Made by a program: the position numbers and the translations under genes. Below, piece after piece: positions 9,130 to 16,868 of a stretch of 64,000 bases of DNA (positions are counted from its first letter, which is position 1; each line of letters opens with the position of its first letter). The notes below the pieces were generated by a model that saw only the letters and a program-made list of their open reading frames with translations, was not told the origin of the DNA and searched no databases. Origin of the DNA: Candidatus Hydrogenedentota bacterium (GTDB lineage: Bacteria; Hydrogenedentota; Hydrogenedentia; Hydrogenedentales; JAJRTN01); the NCBI GenBank assembly GCA_024278275.1, contig JAJRTN010000123.1, forward strand, positions 508-64,507, written 5' to 3'.

Positions 9130-9512
9130 GGGTCTGTTTGTCCGTAAGGGTTTGTGGCAAGCGTTGACAGGGGTCTGTATGGGCCGGGTATTGAGCCGCG
9201 AAAGACGCGAATCCCTGGAGTGCCGACGGCTTGGGACGGTTCGGAAGGCAACATTGGACCCCTCGGTATTGCAAGAGGCGTTCAGGCTCCACGTGATCAC
9301 AGACCCCATGGGCGTTCGGAAGTTTCTTGCACGGAAGCCGGGAGATCCCGCAGTTGGCCTTGACCTGTTGTCAAGGTCCGCGTGGTCAGAATGAAATACA
9401 ACCACGATAAACGACAGTGGTCCGACAAACCCATAGTACCGCAGAAGCGCGCGAACAAAGAGCAGGGGAGACACTGCCCGGCGGAGCGCGTGGAGGGAAG
9501 AGGCACTATCTA
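9130..9512 (+). mobile_element. possible 3'-truncated group II intron relic (structured RNA plus the first ~40 codons of an intron-encoded-protein-like ORF)
   Basis: This roughly 250-nt non-coding stretch has long-range pairings, for example gggtctgt at about 9172 with acagaccc at about 9298, and GAAA-type loops (gagccgcGAAAgacgc). It is followed by an ORF fragment, ...SDKPIVPQKRANKEQGRHCPAERVEGRG. That fragment resembles, from memory, the Lys/Asn-rich N-termini of many bacterial group II intron reverse transcriptases (..IVxxKxxNKxGxxxAExxExRG..). No GUGYG 5' end, RT domain or domain V/VI is present, and the segment stops where a repeat element begins at 9516. Confidence 0.3.
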
Positions 9513-9515
9513 TAC

Positions 9516-9695
9516 CCCAATGTTGCATAAAGGTACCGGCCAGCCGTTGGTATCCCCAAGAACCGCCATCCCCGCGAACGCGGGAATCCACGGGAAAGGT
9601 CAAGGTGTTGCCCCTATCATGGATCCCCGTTTTCGCGGGAATGACGGTTGGTTGTGGCACGGACGGCGGTAGCGATTCTTGGTTCCGGTTCGGCC
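9516..9695. repeat. composite REP/MITE-like element (family A unit with conserved left and right flanks)
   Basis: 9516-9564 (ccaatgttgcataaaggtacc...ccccaagaacc) matches 32805-32851. The core unit at 9565-9647 has inverted arms. The right flank at 9647-9695 (ggttggttgtggcacggacggcggtagcgattc..) recurs at 48166-48210 and, inverted, at 54431-54480. Confidence 0.8.
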
Positions 9696-9711
9696 GGGGT
9701 AGGAGGCCATC

Positions 9712-11223
9712 ATGATCATTATTGGAAAGGACGTTTCGAGGGGAGGTGGGGACACGTTGGAGCGAGTCTCCGCGAAGCCGCGTGTGTGGGTAGCGGACCG
9801 TTTTTTATCGGAGGAGGAGACGGAGGCCCTGCTTGTCCAAGTGTCGGCGCGGGAAAGCGAATCCGCAAGCAAACTGGAGGCGAGGGAGGATCAAGCCGGT
9901 TTCAGTTTTGAATGGCTTATCGACGGGAACCTGCTATTGGAAACTATTCGTGAAAAGGTGACTAACATCCTGGGACTGGAAAACCAGTTGCCCGAGACCT
10001 TCCGCGTCCGCCATTACCGGCCCGGCAACGGGCATCCGCCTCATCTTGATTGCTATGAGATAGACGGCTACTCCCTGGTCTTTACAGCGCTCATGTATTT
10101 AGAGGACGCGACCGAGGGAGGCGAGACGCTTTTTCCGGAGACGGAGGAAGGGCCCTTCGCGGTCGCGTCGCGACTGGGCCGTCTGGTTGTGTGGTGCAAT
10201 TATCTTCCGGACGGGCGGCCCGACCCGCGATCCAGTCACGAGGGCATGCGCCTCGCGCGGGGTAGCAAGACAACCTTGGCGTGGTTCGTATACGCGCCGC
10301 TCTCGGCGGCGACGCACACCCCGGGAAGGGGTTGTTTCACGGAGAAAGCGCCCGGTCTCGGCGGGCGTCTTTTCTATATCGATGATGGGGTGCCCGAGGA
10401 GACAACGGAGGTGATGGAAAAGGCGTGCGGCGCGCGGGGAGTGCATTTTGCCTATGTTGATGTCCGCCAGTTTGATTTTTCCGCGGCCTCTCCCCTCCTG
10501 CCGGGCGATATGATCTACCGCGCGGCGGTCAGCGCCGATGCCATCAAAGCGGAGCAGCATCTCTTTGTGGACGGTGTCGCTACGCTCTACCGGAAACCGG
10601 AAGGCGTCTTCTTCGACACCGGTGCGGCGTGGGCGCTGTTTGAACGCGCCGGGGTGCCTACCCCGCGCGCCGTGTATTGTCATACCTCGGACCGCGCAAG
10701 ACTACGAGGCTACGCGGAATACTTGGGGGGATTCCCCCTGATTGCCAAGTTTGCGGGGGGCTCCGGGGGGGTAAATGTCGTGCTCATCGAATCGCTGCAA
10801 GGGTTGTTTTCGCTCATGGACCATGCCCACTATAACGGTCGCACGCCCTACTTGACGGCTTATGTCCCCGATGCGGAGCATTGGCGTATGGTCGTTGTGG
10901 GCGACTCGGTCGTCGCGGCCTATCGGAACCAGACGCAGACAGACGATTTTAGAACCTACGACGCGGAACGCGCCGAGGACTATCTTTTCCCTAAGGATCC
11001 CGCAATGGCCGCGTCCGCCGTGGCCGCGGTGCAGGTGCTGCAAGTCGAACTGGGCGGGGTGGATATTCTTCTGCACCCGAGTGGCCGACATTATGTGCTT
11101 GAGGCAAACTTTCCCTGTTACTTCGCCACGGCCCAACTCACGGGAGGTTTCGATATCGCCGGCGCGATAGTCAAGTTGCTGCGGAAAAAGGCGACCCGCC
11201 TTGCGGGGGCGGGCACGCCGTAA
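9712..11223 (+). CDS. fusion protein: prolyl 4-hydroxylase-type 2OG/Fe(II) oxygenase (N-terminal) and RimK-type ATP-grasp ligase (C-terminal)
   Basis: AGGAGG at 9701-9706 lies 5 nt before the ATG. The N-terminal roughly 200 aa carry HPPHLDCY (HxD), GGETLFPE, and SSHEG..GSKTTLAWFV. The C-terminal roughly 290 aa carry FPLIAKFAGGSGGVNVVLIE, HWRMVVVGDSVVAAYRN, and GGVDILLHPSGRHYVLEANFPCYF. Confidence 0.8.
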   Translation: MIIIGKDVSRGGGDTLERVSAKPRVWVADRFLSEEETEALLVQVSARESESASKLEAREDQAGFSFEWLIDGNLLLETIREKVTNILGLENQLPETFRVRHYRPGNGHPPHLDCYEIDGYSLVFTALMYLEDATEGGETLFPETEEGPFAVASRLGRLVVWCNYLPDGRPDPRSSHEGMRLARGSKTTLAWFVYAPLSAATHTPGRGCFTEKAPGLGGRLFYIDDGVPEETTEVMEKACGARGVHFAYVDVRQFDFSAASPLLPGDMIYRAAVSADAIKAEQHLFVDGVATLYRKPEGVFFDTGAAWALFERAGVPTPRAVYCHTSDRARLRGYAEYLGGFPLIAKFAGGSGGVNVVLIESLQGLFSLMDHAHYNGRTPYLTAYVPDAEHWRMVVVGDSVVAAYRNQTQTDDFRTYDAERAEDYLFPKDPAMAASAVAAVQVLQVELGGVDILLHPSGRHYVLEANFPCYFATAQLTGGFDIAGAIVKLLRKKATRLAGAGTP

Positions 11224-11268
11224 GAATTTGGGCCACGGAAGACCTGCTTTCAAGGCGGCTTCGGCGGC

Positions 11269-12102
11269 CTACTTGCGAGTCTGCTCAGAGGCGGAACCAC
11301 CGCGGCGACCCGCGCGCGCAGTCTCGCTCACGTTCGTCTTCTTGGCCCTCTCCTCACTGCCTCGCGCCTGGACGGCCTTTTCCTTCGCTTCCCCGGCGCG
11401 TTTCTTGGCTACCGTGAACAGCTTATTCTCCTGCTCCGAAAGCCGCCGTGCTTCTTGAAGCGCCTTTTCAGCCCCCTTTACCTGCTCCTCCGCATCCTTG
11501 GTCTTGTACCTCTTGTGCTCTTTCTCCGCGGCGCGCACATCGCGCCCGGAACTACGCACGGCACGTTTGGCTTCTTGCCAATCCTGGCGTGTTAGCTTCA
11601 CTTTCTCTTCGGCATTGCGCCACGTAAGCTTGGCCTTATCCTCCGAGGCACGCAAATCGCGCCTCACCTGCTTCACTCCCTCCTCCGCGTCGCGAACGTT
11701 CTTGCTGTGCTCCTCGCCCGTGCGTGCCAAATCCTTCGCCTGCGCAAAGGCTGATACCGTAGGCGCCATCACCGCGTACGCGGCGGCGGCCCCGGCAAGC
11801 CGCATCATGTCGCGACGAGTGGCATGGTTGCTGCCCGCGGGAGGCGTAACGCGGCTTTCAAGCATGCCCGCATCGGCAAGACGGTCGAGCGACAGAAACA
11901 CCGTTTCACGCGTTGCGGAAGCATCTACGTCGCGACGAACGACGTCAACAATTGCGTCGATGTCATTCGTGCCGTCGGCAGCCAGCAACACAGCGGCGTC
12001 GGTTCCCTCCAGGCCAATTGTTTGGTCAGAACGCAGGTTTACGCCCAGTCCTTTACCATGGCGCCGCAAGGTGATTTTCGCATAGCGAATTGGATTCTTC
12101 AT
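11269..12102 (-). CDS. hypothetical protein: PqqD-like N-terminal domain, internal twin-arginine/hydrophobic segment, Lys/Glu-rich repeat tail
   Basis: AGGAGA lies 9 nt before the ATG at 12102. Residues 20-85 (..LEGTDAAVLLAADGTNDIDAIVDVVRRDV..RETVFLSLDRLADAGMLE) resemble the PqqD/RRE fold pattern. TRRDMMRLAGAAAAYAVMAPTVSAFAQ follows at about residue 95. The last roughly 160 aa are charged repeats (..DAEEGVKQV..NAEEKVKLT..DAEEQVKGAEK..). Confidence 0.6.
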   Translation of the reverse strand: MKNPIRYAKITLRRHGKGLGVNLRSDQTIGLEGTDAAVLLAADGTNDIDAIVDVVRRDVDASATRETVFLSLDRLADAGMLESRVTPPAGSNHATRRDMMRLAGAAAAYAVMAPTVSAFAQAKDLARTGEEHSKNVRDAEEGVKQVRRDLRASEDKAKLTWRNAEEKVKLTRQDWQEAKRAVRSSGRDVRAAEKEHKRYKTKDAEEQVKGAEKALQEARRLSEQENKLFTVAKKRAGEAKEKAVQARGSEERAKKTNVSETARAGRRGGSASEQTRK

Positions 12103-12265
12103 TGTGGCACTTCTCCTGTTGGGTTTATCACCAGATTGAATCGCTTATAACAACGACTGTTCCGTCGCACCGAGTCACCTTGCATAAATCAACCTAACTT
12201 AACGTCACAACACCGGCCCGCAGAGACCTATTCCCACGCCATTAACAGCATTAACAGGAGCAGAC

Positions 12266-12312
12266 GACATGACTTCGCCCTTTTTCATGGGTTCCTGCGA
12301 ACGCGGGAATGC
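12266..12312. repeat. partial family A repeat (right arm only)
   Basis: gacatgacttcgccctttttcatgggttcctgcgaacgcgggaatgc aligns with 32888-32934. Confidence 0.7.
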
Positions 12313-12415
12313 TCCCCGCCAAGGTTCAAAATGACAAAAAGTGGGATGCGGCGCCACGCCGGGAAAAGCCCCAACCCGCTTCCGGAGACACGGGCGGGGA
12401 CGCATGAATTCCGGT

Positions 12416-13234
12416 TCATGCCTTCAGGCCGCCCTCGGACAGGCCCCTGATGAAGTACTTCATGCCCGCGAGAAGCAGCAGCGTCAGCGGCAGGGAGCCG
12501 ATGGCGTAGGCAGCGAAGGTCAGGCCGTATTCGGAGCGGTACACCGTGGAGAGATCGAAAATGGCCACGGCGAAGGTTTTCAGATGCTGATTCTGAAGGA
12601 CCATGAGGGGCCAGACGAAATCGTTATAGATGCCGTGGAAGTTGATGATGGCGACGACCGTCAGGATCGGCAGCGAGAGGGGTAAGACAATCCGGCGGTA
12701 GATGGTGAATTCGCCGGCCCCGTCGAGCCGGGCACTCTCGAAGTAGTCCTCGGGAATGGTGGAAAAGAATCCGCGGCAGAGAAGGATTCCCACGATTTGG
12801 CCTTGCGCGATGTAGGGCAGGATCAGCGCCCAGTAGGAATCGAGGAGCCCGAGCTGCTTGACCTCGACAAAGAGGGGCACCAGCAACAACACTTGTGGAA
12901 CCATGACCAGCGCCAGCAGCATGATGAACAGGAGCTCACGCCCCGGGAAGCGGTGTCGCGCGAAAACGAACCCGGAAAGGGAACTGACAAAGACAATCCC
13001 CCCGCAACTGACCACGGCGACGAAAAGGCTGCTCAGGATACTCCAATGGATCGTGGCAAAGGCTTCGGTGTAATTACTCCACTGGATCCGCGTGGGTGGT
13101 CGCCAGAAGGACGTAATGATCTCTAGGTTGCTCTTGAGGGAAAGAAACAACATGAGCGCCACCGGCAGAAGACTCAATGCCAGCAGAAGGAAGAGCACCG
13201 CCCTGGCCCACCAGACATGGTTCTGTTTACGCAT
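12416..13234 (-). CDS. carbohydrate ABC transporter permease (MalG-like)
   Basis: Six-TM profile with an EAA-like loop (ESARLDGAGEFTIYRRIVLPLS). The ATG at 13234 overlaps the upstream stop (ATGA). The longest ORF, starting at 13366, is unlikely. Confidence 0.85.
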   Translation of the reverse strand: MRKQNHVWWARAVLFLLLALSLLPVALMLFLSLKSNLEIITSFWRPPTRIQWSNYTEAFATIHWSILSSLFVAVVSCGGIVFVSSLSGFVFARHRFPGRELLFIMLLALVMVPQVLLLVPLFVEVKQLGLLDSYWALILPYIAQGQIVGILLCRGFFSTIPEDYFESARLDGAGEFTIYRRIVLPLSLPILTVVAIINFHGIYNDFVWPLMVLQNQHLKTFAVAIFDLSTVYRSEYGLTFAAYAIGSLPLTLLLLAGMKYFIRGLSEGGLKA

Positions 13235-14121
13235 CACGATTCCATGTCGCTCCTCAGCAGACGAAAGATAAGCAGGCTGCCCAGGAGTATCGTCACGAAG
13301 AGGGCGAGACCGATGGCGGAAGCATAGCCAAAGCGGGAAACCTGGAAAGTCTGCTCGTACATCCACAGGCCGGGTACATAGGTGGCAAAACCGGGACCGC
13401 CGCTGGTCATCACCAGTATTCGACCGAAATCCTGGAGACTGGCGATCAGGGTCAACACGGTGACCAGCCGGAACTGGGGGATAAGCATGGGCATTTCAAC
13501 GCGCCAAAGCCGTGAAAGCGGCGTGGCGCCGTCAAGGGAGGCCGAATCCAGAACGTCCTTGGGCAGGTCGTTGAATCCCGCCAGAAAAATGAGGAAGGAA
13601 AGTCCCGTGACCCACGGAAAACCCATGGCGATGATGGAACCCAGCGCCACGCCGGGATCGCCCAGCCACGGGCGCTTCGCGCCTTCGAGCCCCACGGCAT
13701 CCAGGGTCTGGTTGAGCAGGCCCAGGTTGGGATCGTAGATGAAGTACCACATGAGGACAAGAACCATGGTGGGCGTGATGATGGGCAGGACAAAAGCGGT
13801 ACGCAGCCAGTAGCGCTCGCGTTCGGAACGAAGGTGATAGATCAGGGCGGCCACGGTGAAGGGGAAGATCATCGCCTTGAGCAGGTCCGTCAGAAAGAGA
13901 ATCGCCTGGTTTACCACGCCGTGCCGGATGAAAAGGTCGGTCGCCATTTCCGCGAAATTGGCCAGGCCCACGAAGCGCGACGCGCCCACGGCCTGCCACC
14001 GGGTGAAGGCGTGGTAAATGCCCGACAACGCGGGGTAGTAGAGGAACAGTCCCGCCAGGGCAAAGCTGGGGATCAGGAGAAAGTAGGAGCCACGCGCCTT
14101 GACGATGCGCCGCCACATCAT
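13234..14121 (-). CDS. carbohydrate ABC transporter permease (MalF-like)
   Basis: Multi-TM protein with DSASLDGATPLSRLWRVEMPMLIP (EAA loop). Its start overlaps the stop of the solute-binding-protein gene (ATGA at 14118-14121). Confidence 0.85.
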   Translation of the reverse strand: MMWRRIVKARGSYFLLIPSFALAGLFLYYPALSGIYHAFTRWQAVGASRFVGLANFAEMATDLFIRHGVVNQAILFLTDLLKAMIFPFTVAALIYHLRSERERYWLRTAFVLPIITPTMVLVLMWYFIYDPNLGLLNQTLDAVGLEGAKRPWLGDPGVALGSIIAMGFPWVTGLSFLIFLAGFNDLPKDVLDSASLDGATPLSRLWRVEMPMLIPQFRLVTVLTLIASLQDFGRILVMTSGGPGFATYVPGLWMYEQTFQVSRFGYASAIGLALFVTILLGSLLIFRLLRSDMES

Positions 14122-15647
14122 TTCACGTGGTCCTCCGTGGTGGGGTCCAGGTCGTAGCCGCGACGCGCGATGATCTTTCTGACCAGACGCAGGGTCAACG
14201 CCTGCTTCTTACGCAGGAATGCCTTGGGCGTCATCCGGCCCAGCGCGAGCAATTGACTGTAAGGACGGATGCGAAGGGCGGTGTCGCTGTCGTTGGGGTC
14301 GGGCAGCAGGTCGCCCTTAATGTAGCCGCGCCTGCCGAAGCCTTCGAGCTTCTCCGCGAGTTCGGGGGGCAGTTTCACCCCTTTGATCATCGGCGCGCCC
14401 TGAATGAACTCACCCACTTCGAGCGTCCGCCGGGTCAGGTAGGCGGCCTGTTCGGGGGCATAGAGAAACATGAGGAAATCCATGACGCGCCGGTGTTGCT
14501 CTTCGTCGCCTTTATCGACGACGCTCAGTTGGTGGCCCGCGCCGCCGATGCCCCGCATGGGCGCCAGGCCATGGACACTTCCTTTGATCGAAGGGACCGG
14601 AAAGACTCCCCAGTCGAAGCGTTGGTCCGGGGGAAGTTCGGTCATGTCCCGCATCGGGCTGCCGATGCGCCAGCTTCCGATAAGCCACATGGCCGCCTTG
14701 CCGGTAATGAAGAGATTGTACGCCCCGGTCTGATCGGTTCCCAGGTGGCCGAATTCATAGTATTGCGTCAACTCCTGCAAGTGCGTGTAGGCTTCCACGA
14801 AGACAGGCTGTTCATAGCTCATCCGGCCATCGAGAAAGGCCTTCATGAGCCGCTCGGGATTGATGGTAATCAACTGGTCGGCGTACGGATCGTCGAGGTT
14901 GCCTCCGTAGCCCGCGTTGGCGGGGACATAATTCCAATCCCCCGGCCGGGCAATGACATCGGGGATGAAACGCCGCAGGCAGGCATCCTCGAGCATCCCC
15001 ACTATCCAGGCCGCCATGTCGGTGTTCGCCGCGCCGGGCACGGACACCGGCGTAACGCCGCCGTCGTGGAAGACCTTGCAGACGGTGATCCATTCCGCCC
15101 AGCTCTTGGGTGGGACAACCCCAAAACGTTCAAACAAGTCCTTGTTATAGAAAATACCCACGGCGACATAATCCAGGGGAAGGATGCAGTAATGGATCCC
15201 ATCGACGGCAAGACTGTTGAGAAAGACCGGGTCGAACAGGCTTTCCCAGGTCACGCCGCCCGCATAGGGGTTGGGTTCACGCAGATACGCGTTGCACGCC
15301 AGAAAGCGGCCCGCGTGGTAGTTCTCGGAGACGCCCAGGATGTTGCCATGCACGATGTCCGGCGCGTCGCGCCGTCCCGCGGCCATCTGTGCCGTGTAAT
15401 AACGTTTCAGGCTGAGATTGTCGGGTTGCAGGTTGATCTCGACGGTCACATCGGGATGCAACCCCATGTATTGCTTCGCCAACTCCTCCAGCGCGGTGGT
15501 GTAAAAACCTTTTACCGTGGAGATAAGGACCCGGCCGCCCGCGCCCGCATTGTCCATGGAGGCCAGCCATCCCAGGAGGAACAGAAGGACGATCACGCAC
15601 GGCGCACGGGGATGTCCCCCCCGGCGCCCATCGGGCGCGCCCGTCAC
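14118..15647 (-). CDS. ABC transporter extracellular solute-binding protein (family 1, sugar-type)
   Basis: About 500 aa with a signal-like N-terminus (..RRGGHPRAPCVIVLLFLLGWLAS) and typical SBP_bac_1 composition. I prefer the GTG at 15647 because it forms a GTGA overlap with the stop of the upstream gene. The longest ORF starts at 15731. Confidence 0.75.
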   Translation of the reverse strand: MTGAPDGRRGGHPRAPCVIVLLFLLGWLASMDNAGAGGRVLISTVKGFYTTALEELAKQYMGLHPDVTVEINLQPDNLSLKRYYTAQMAAGRRDAPDIVHGNILGVSENYHAGRFLACNAYLREPNPYAGGVTWESLFDPVFLNSLAVDGIHYCILPLDYVAVGIFYNKDLFERFGVVPPKSWAEWITVCKVFHDGGVTPVSVPGAANTDMAAWIVGMLEDACLRRFIPDVIARPGDWNYVPANAGYGGNLDDPYADQLITINPERLMKAFLDGRMSYEQPVFVEAYTHLQELTQYYEFGHLGTDQTGAYNLFITGKAAMWLIGSWRIGSPMRDMTELPPDQRFDWGVFPVPSIKGSVHGLAPMRGIGGAGHQLSVVDKGDEEQHRRVMDFLMFLYAPEQAAYLTRRTLEVGEFIQGAPMIKGVKLPPELAEKLEGFGRRGYIKGDLLPDPNDSDTALRIRPYSQLLALGRMTPKAFLRKKQALTLRLVRKIIARRGYDLDPTTEDHVK

Positions 15648-16657
15648 GAGAAAACGGCCTCCCAGCTTGCGTAGACCTGGCGGACGTTCCCGGGCTTCGC
15701 GCCGGGGCCGAACTCGCATTGGGCGATACACCCGCCGTTTTTCCAGAGCTTTTCATGAACTTCGCGCACGGCGGCGTCCACCTCCTCCAGGCTCGCCTCG
15801 GGCAGGATGTGCTGGCGATCCATCTCGCCCCAGAAGGTGATGCGCCCCGCGAATTCCGCCACCCGGTCGATGCCCATGCAGAAGATCTGCGAGTTGAAGG
15901 CGTCCAGTCCAAGCTCGATCAAATCCGGGTAGATGTCGAGGGTGTATCCGTCGGAGTGCATGAAGATCTTCTTGCCCGCCCCGTGGGCGATCTGGATGTA
16001 GTCCCGGTACAGGGGTTTGAACGTTTCGCGCCACACGGCGGGACTGATCAGCAGGCTTTGCTGCGTCCCCCAATCGTCCATGAACATAACGGCGTCCACG
16101 TCGGTGGCCACCCACTTTTCCAGCAGGGCGCAATAGAAGGCGTGCATTTCCTTCACGAAGGCCGCCATGGACGGGGAAGGGTCCATGAGATCCATGTAGA
16201 GGTTCGCGGTTCCCCGCAGGAACTGGAGTTGTTCAAAAGGCCGGGGACAACAGCCCGCCATGATGAACTTGTCGGATTCGGCGCAGGCCCGGTTGACGCG
16301 GCCGGGATCGATGGTGAGCCATTCCCGCGGGATATGCACCTTGGCCGTATCATTTTCCCAGTCCTTGATAAGGGGATCCTTCACCTCGCCAATGACACCG
16401 GCCTGCAAGTTGGTGAACACCGACCCCCACTCGTCCACGAAGGTGCCCACGCCATGGGGATCGCCCTCGGTTTTCGGCGTCTCGGCCAGGAAACCCGGCA
16501 CACCGCCGATATCATCGGGGAAACGTTCCTGGATCTCCCTGAGTTCCCGCTCGTGATGCAAGGTTGCCCAGGGCAGATGCCACAATTGCCGCGGCGCCCG
16601 GGCCGGGTTCTCGAAGTTCAAGGTCTGCAAGACCAATTCACGGGAAGTTGCGGCCAC
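15644..16657 (-). CDS. uroporphyrinogen decarboxylase (URO-D) superfamily protein, MtaA/CmuA-like, not HemE
   Basis: About 337 aa with the URO-D/methyltransferase-like TIM-barrel pattern (..IMAGCCPRPFEQLQFLRGTANLYMDL..VDAVMFMDDWGTQQSLLISP..IFMHSDGYT..). The GTG at 16657 is preceded by AAGGAGGA (complement of about 16664-16671). The longest ORF starts at 16870. Confidence 0.7.
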   Translation of the reverse strand: MAATSRELVLQTLNFENPARAPRQLWHLPWATLHHERELREIQERFPDDIGGVPGFLAETPKTEGDPHGVGTFVDEWGSVFTNLQAGVIGEVKDPLIKDWENDTAKVHIPREWLTIDPGRVNRACAESDKFIMAGCCPRPFEQLQFLRGTANLYMDLMDPSPSMAAFVKEMHAFYCALLEKWVATDVDAVMFMDDWGTQQSLLISPAVWRETFKPLYRDYIQIAHGAGKKIFMHSDGYTLDIYPDLIELGLDAFNSQIFCMGIDRVAEFAGRITFWGEMDRQHILPEASLEEVDAAVREVHEKLWKNGGCIAQCEFGPGAKPGNVRQVYASWEAVFS

Positions 16658-16868
16658 GTGCCTGTCCTCCTTCTTCTGCGTTCTGTCGTCCGCGGTCCGT
16701 CCACACGGGAACCATCGTGCTCCAGTATACCCCAACGTTGCAGAATTAAGAATACCGGCCGCCACCGCCTTGAACCGGTCTTGGCCGATGAGACAGAATG
16801 ACAGGCGTGGTTTGGGCGGCCGGGCGGTGTTGGCCCGGGACAGAGGAGGCGGATTGGGCGGGGAATCC

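Noticed and set aside
11800-11860. Treating the internal Met (MLESRV...TRRDMMRLAG) as the true start of a simple Tat-exported protein.
   Set aside because: Not adopted as the primary model. The upstream 80 codons have a PqqD-like pattern, and the ATG at 12102 has a good AGGAGA. It remains a live alternative and is listed under the finding.
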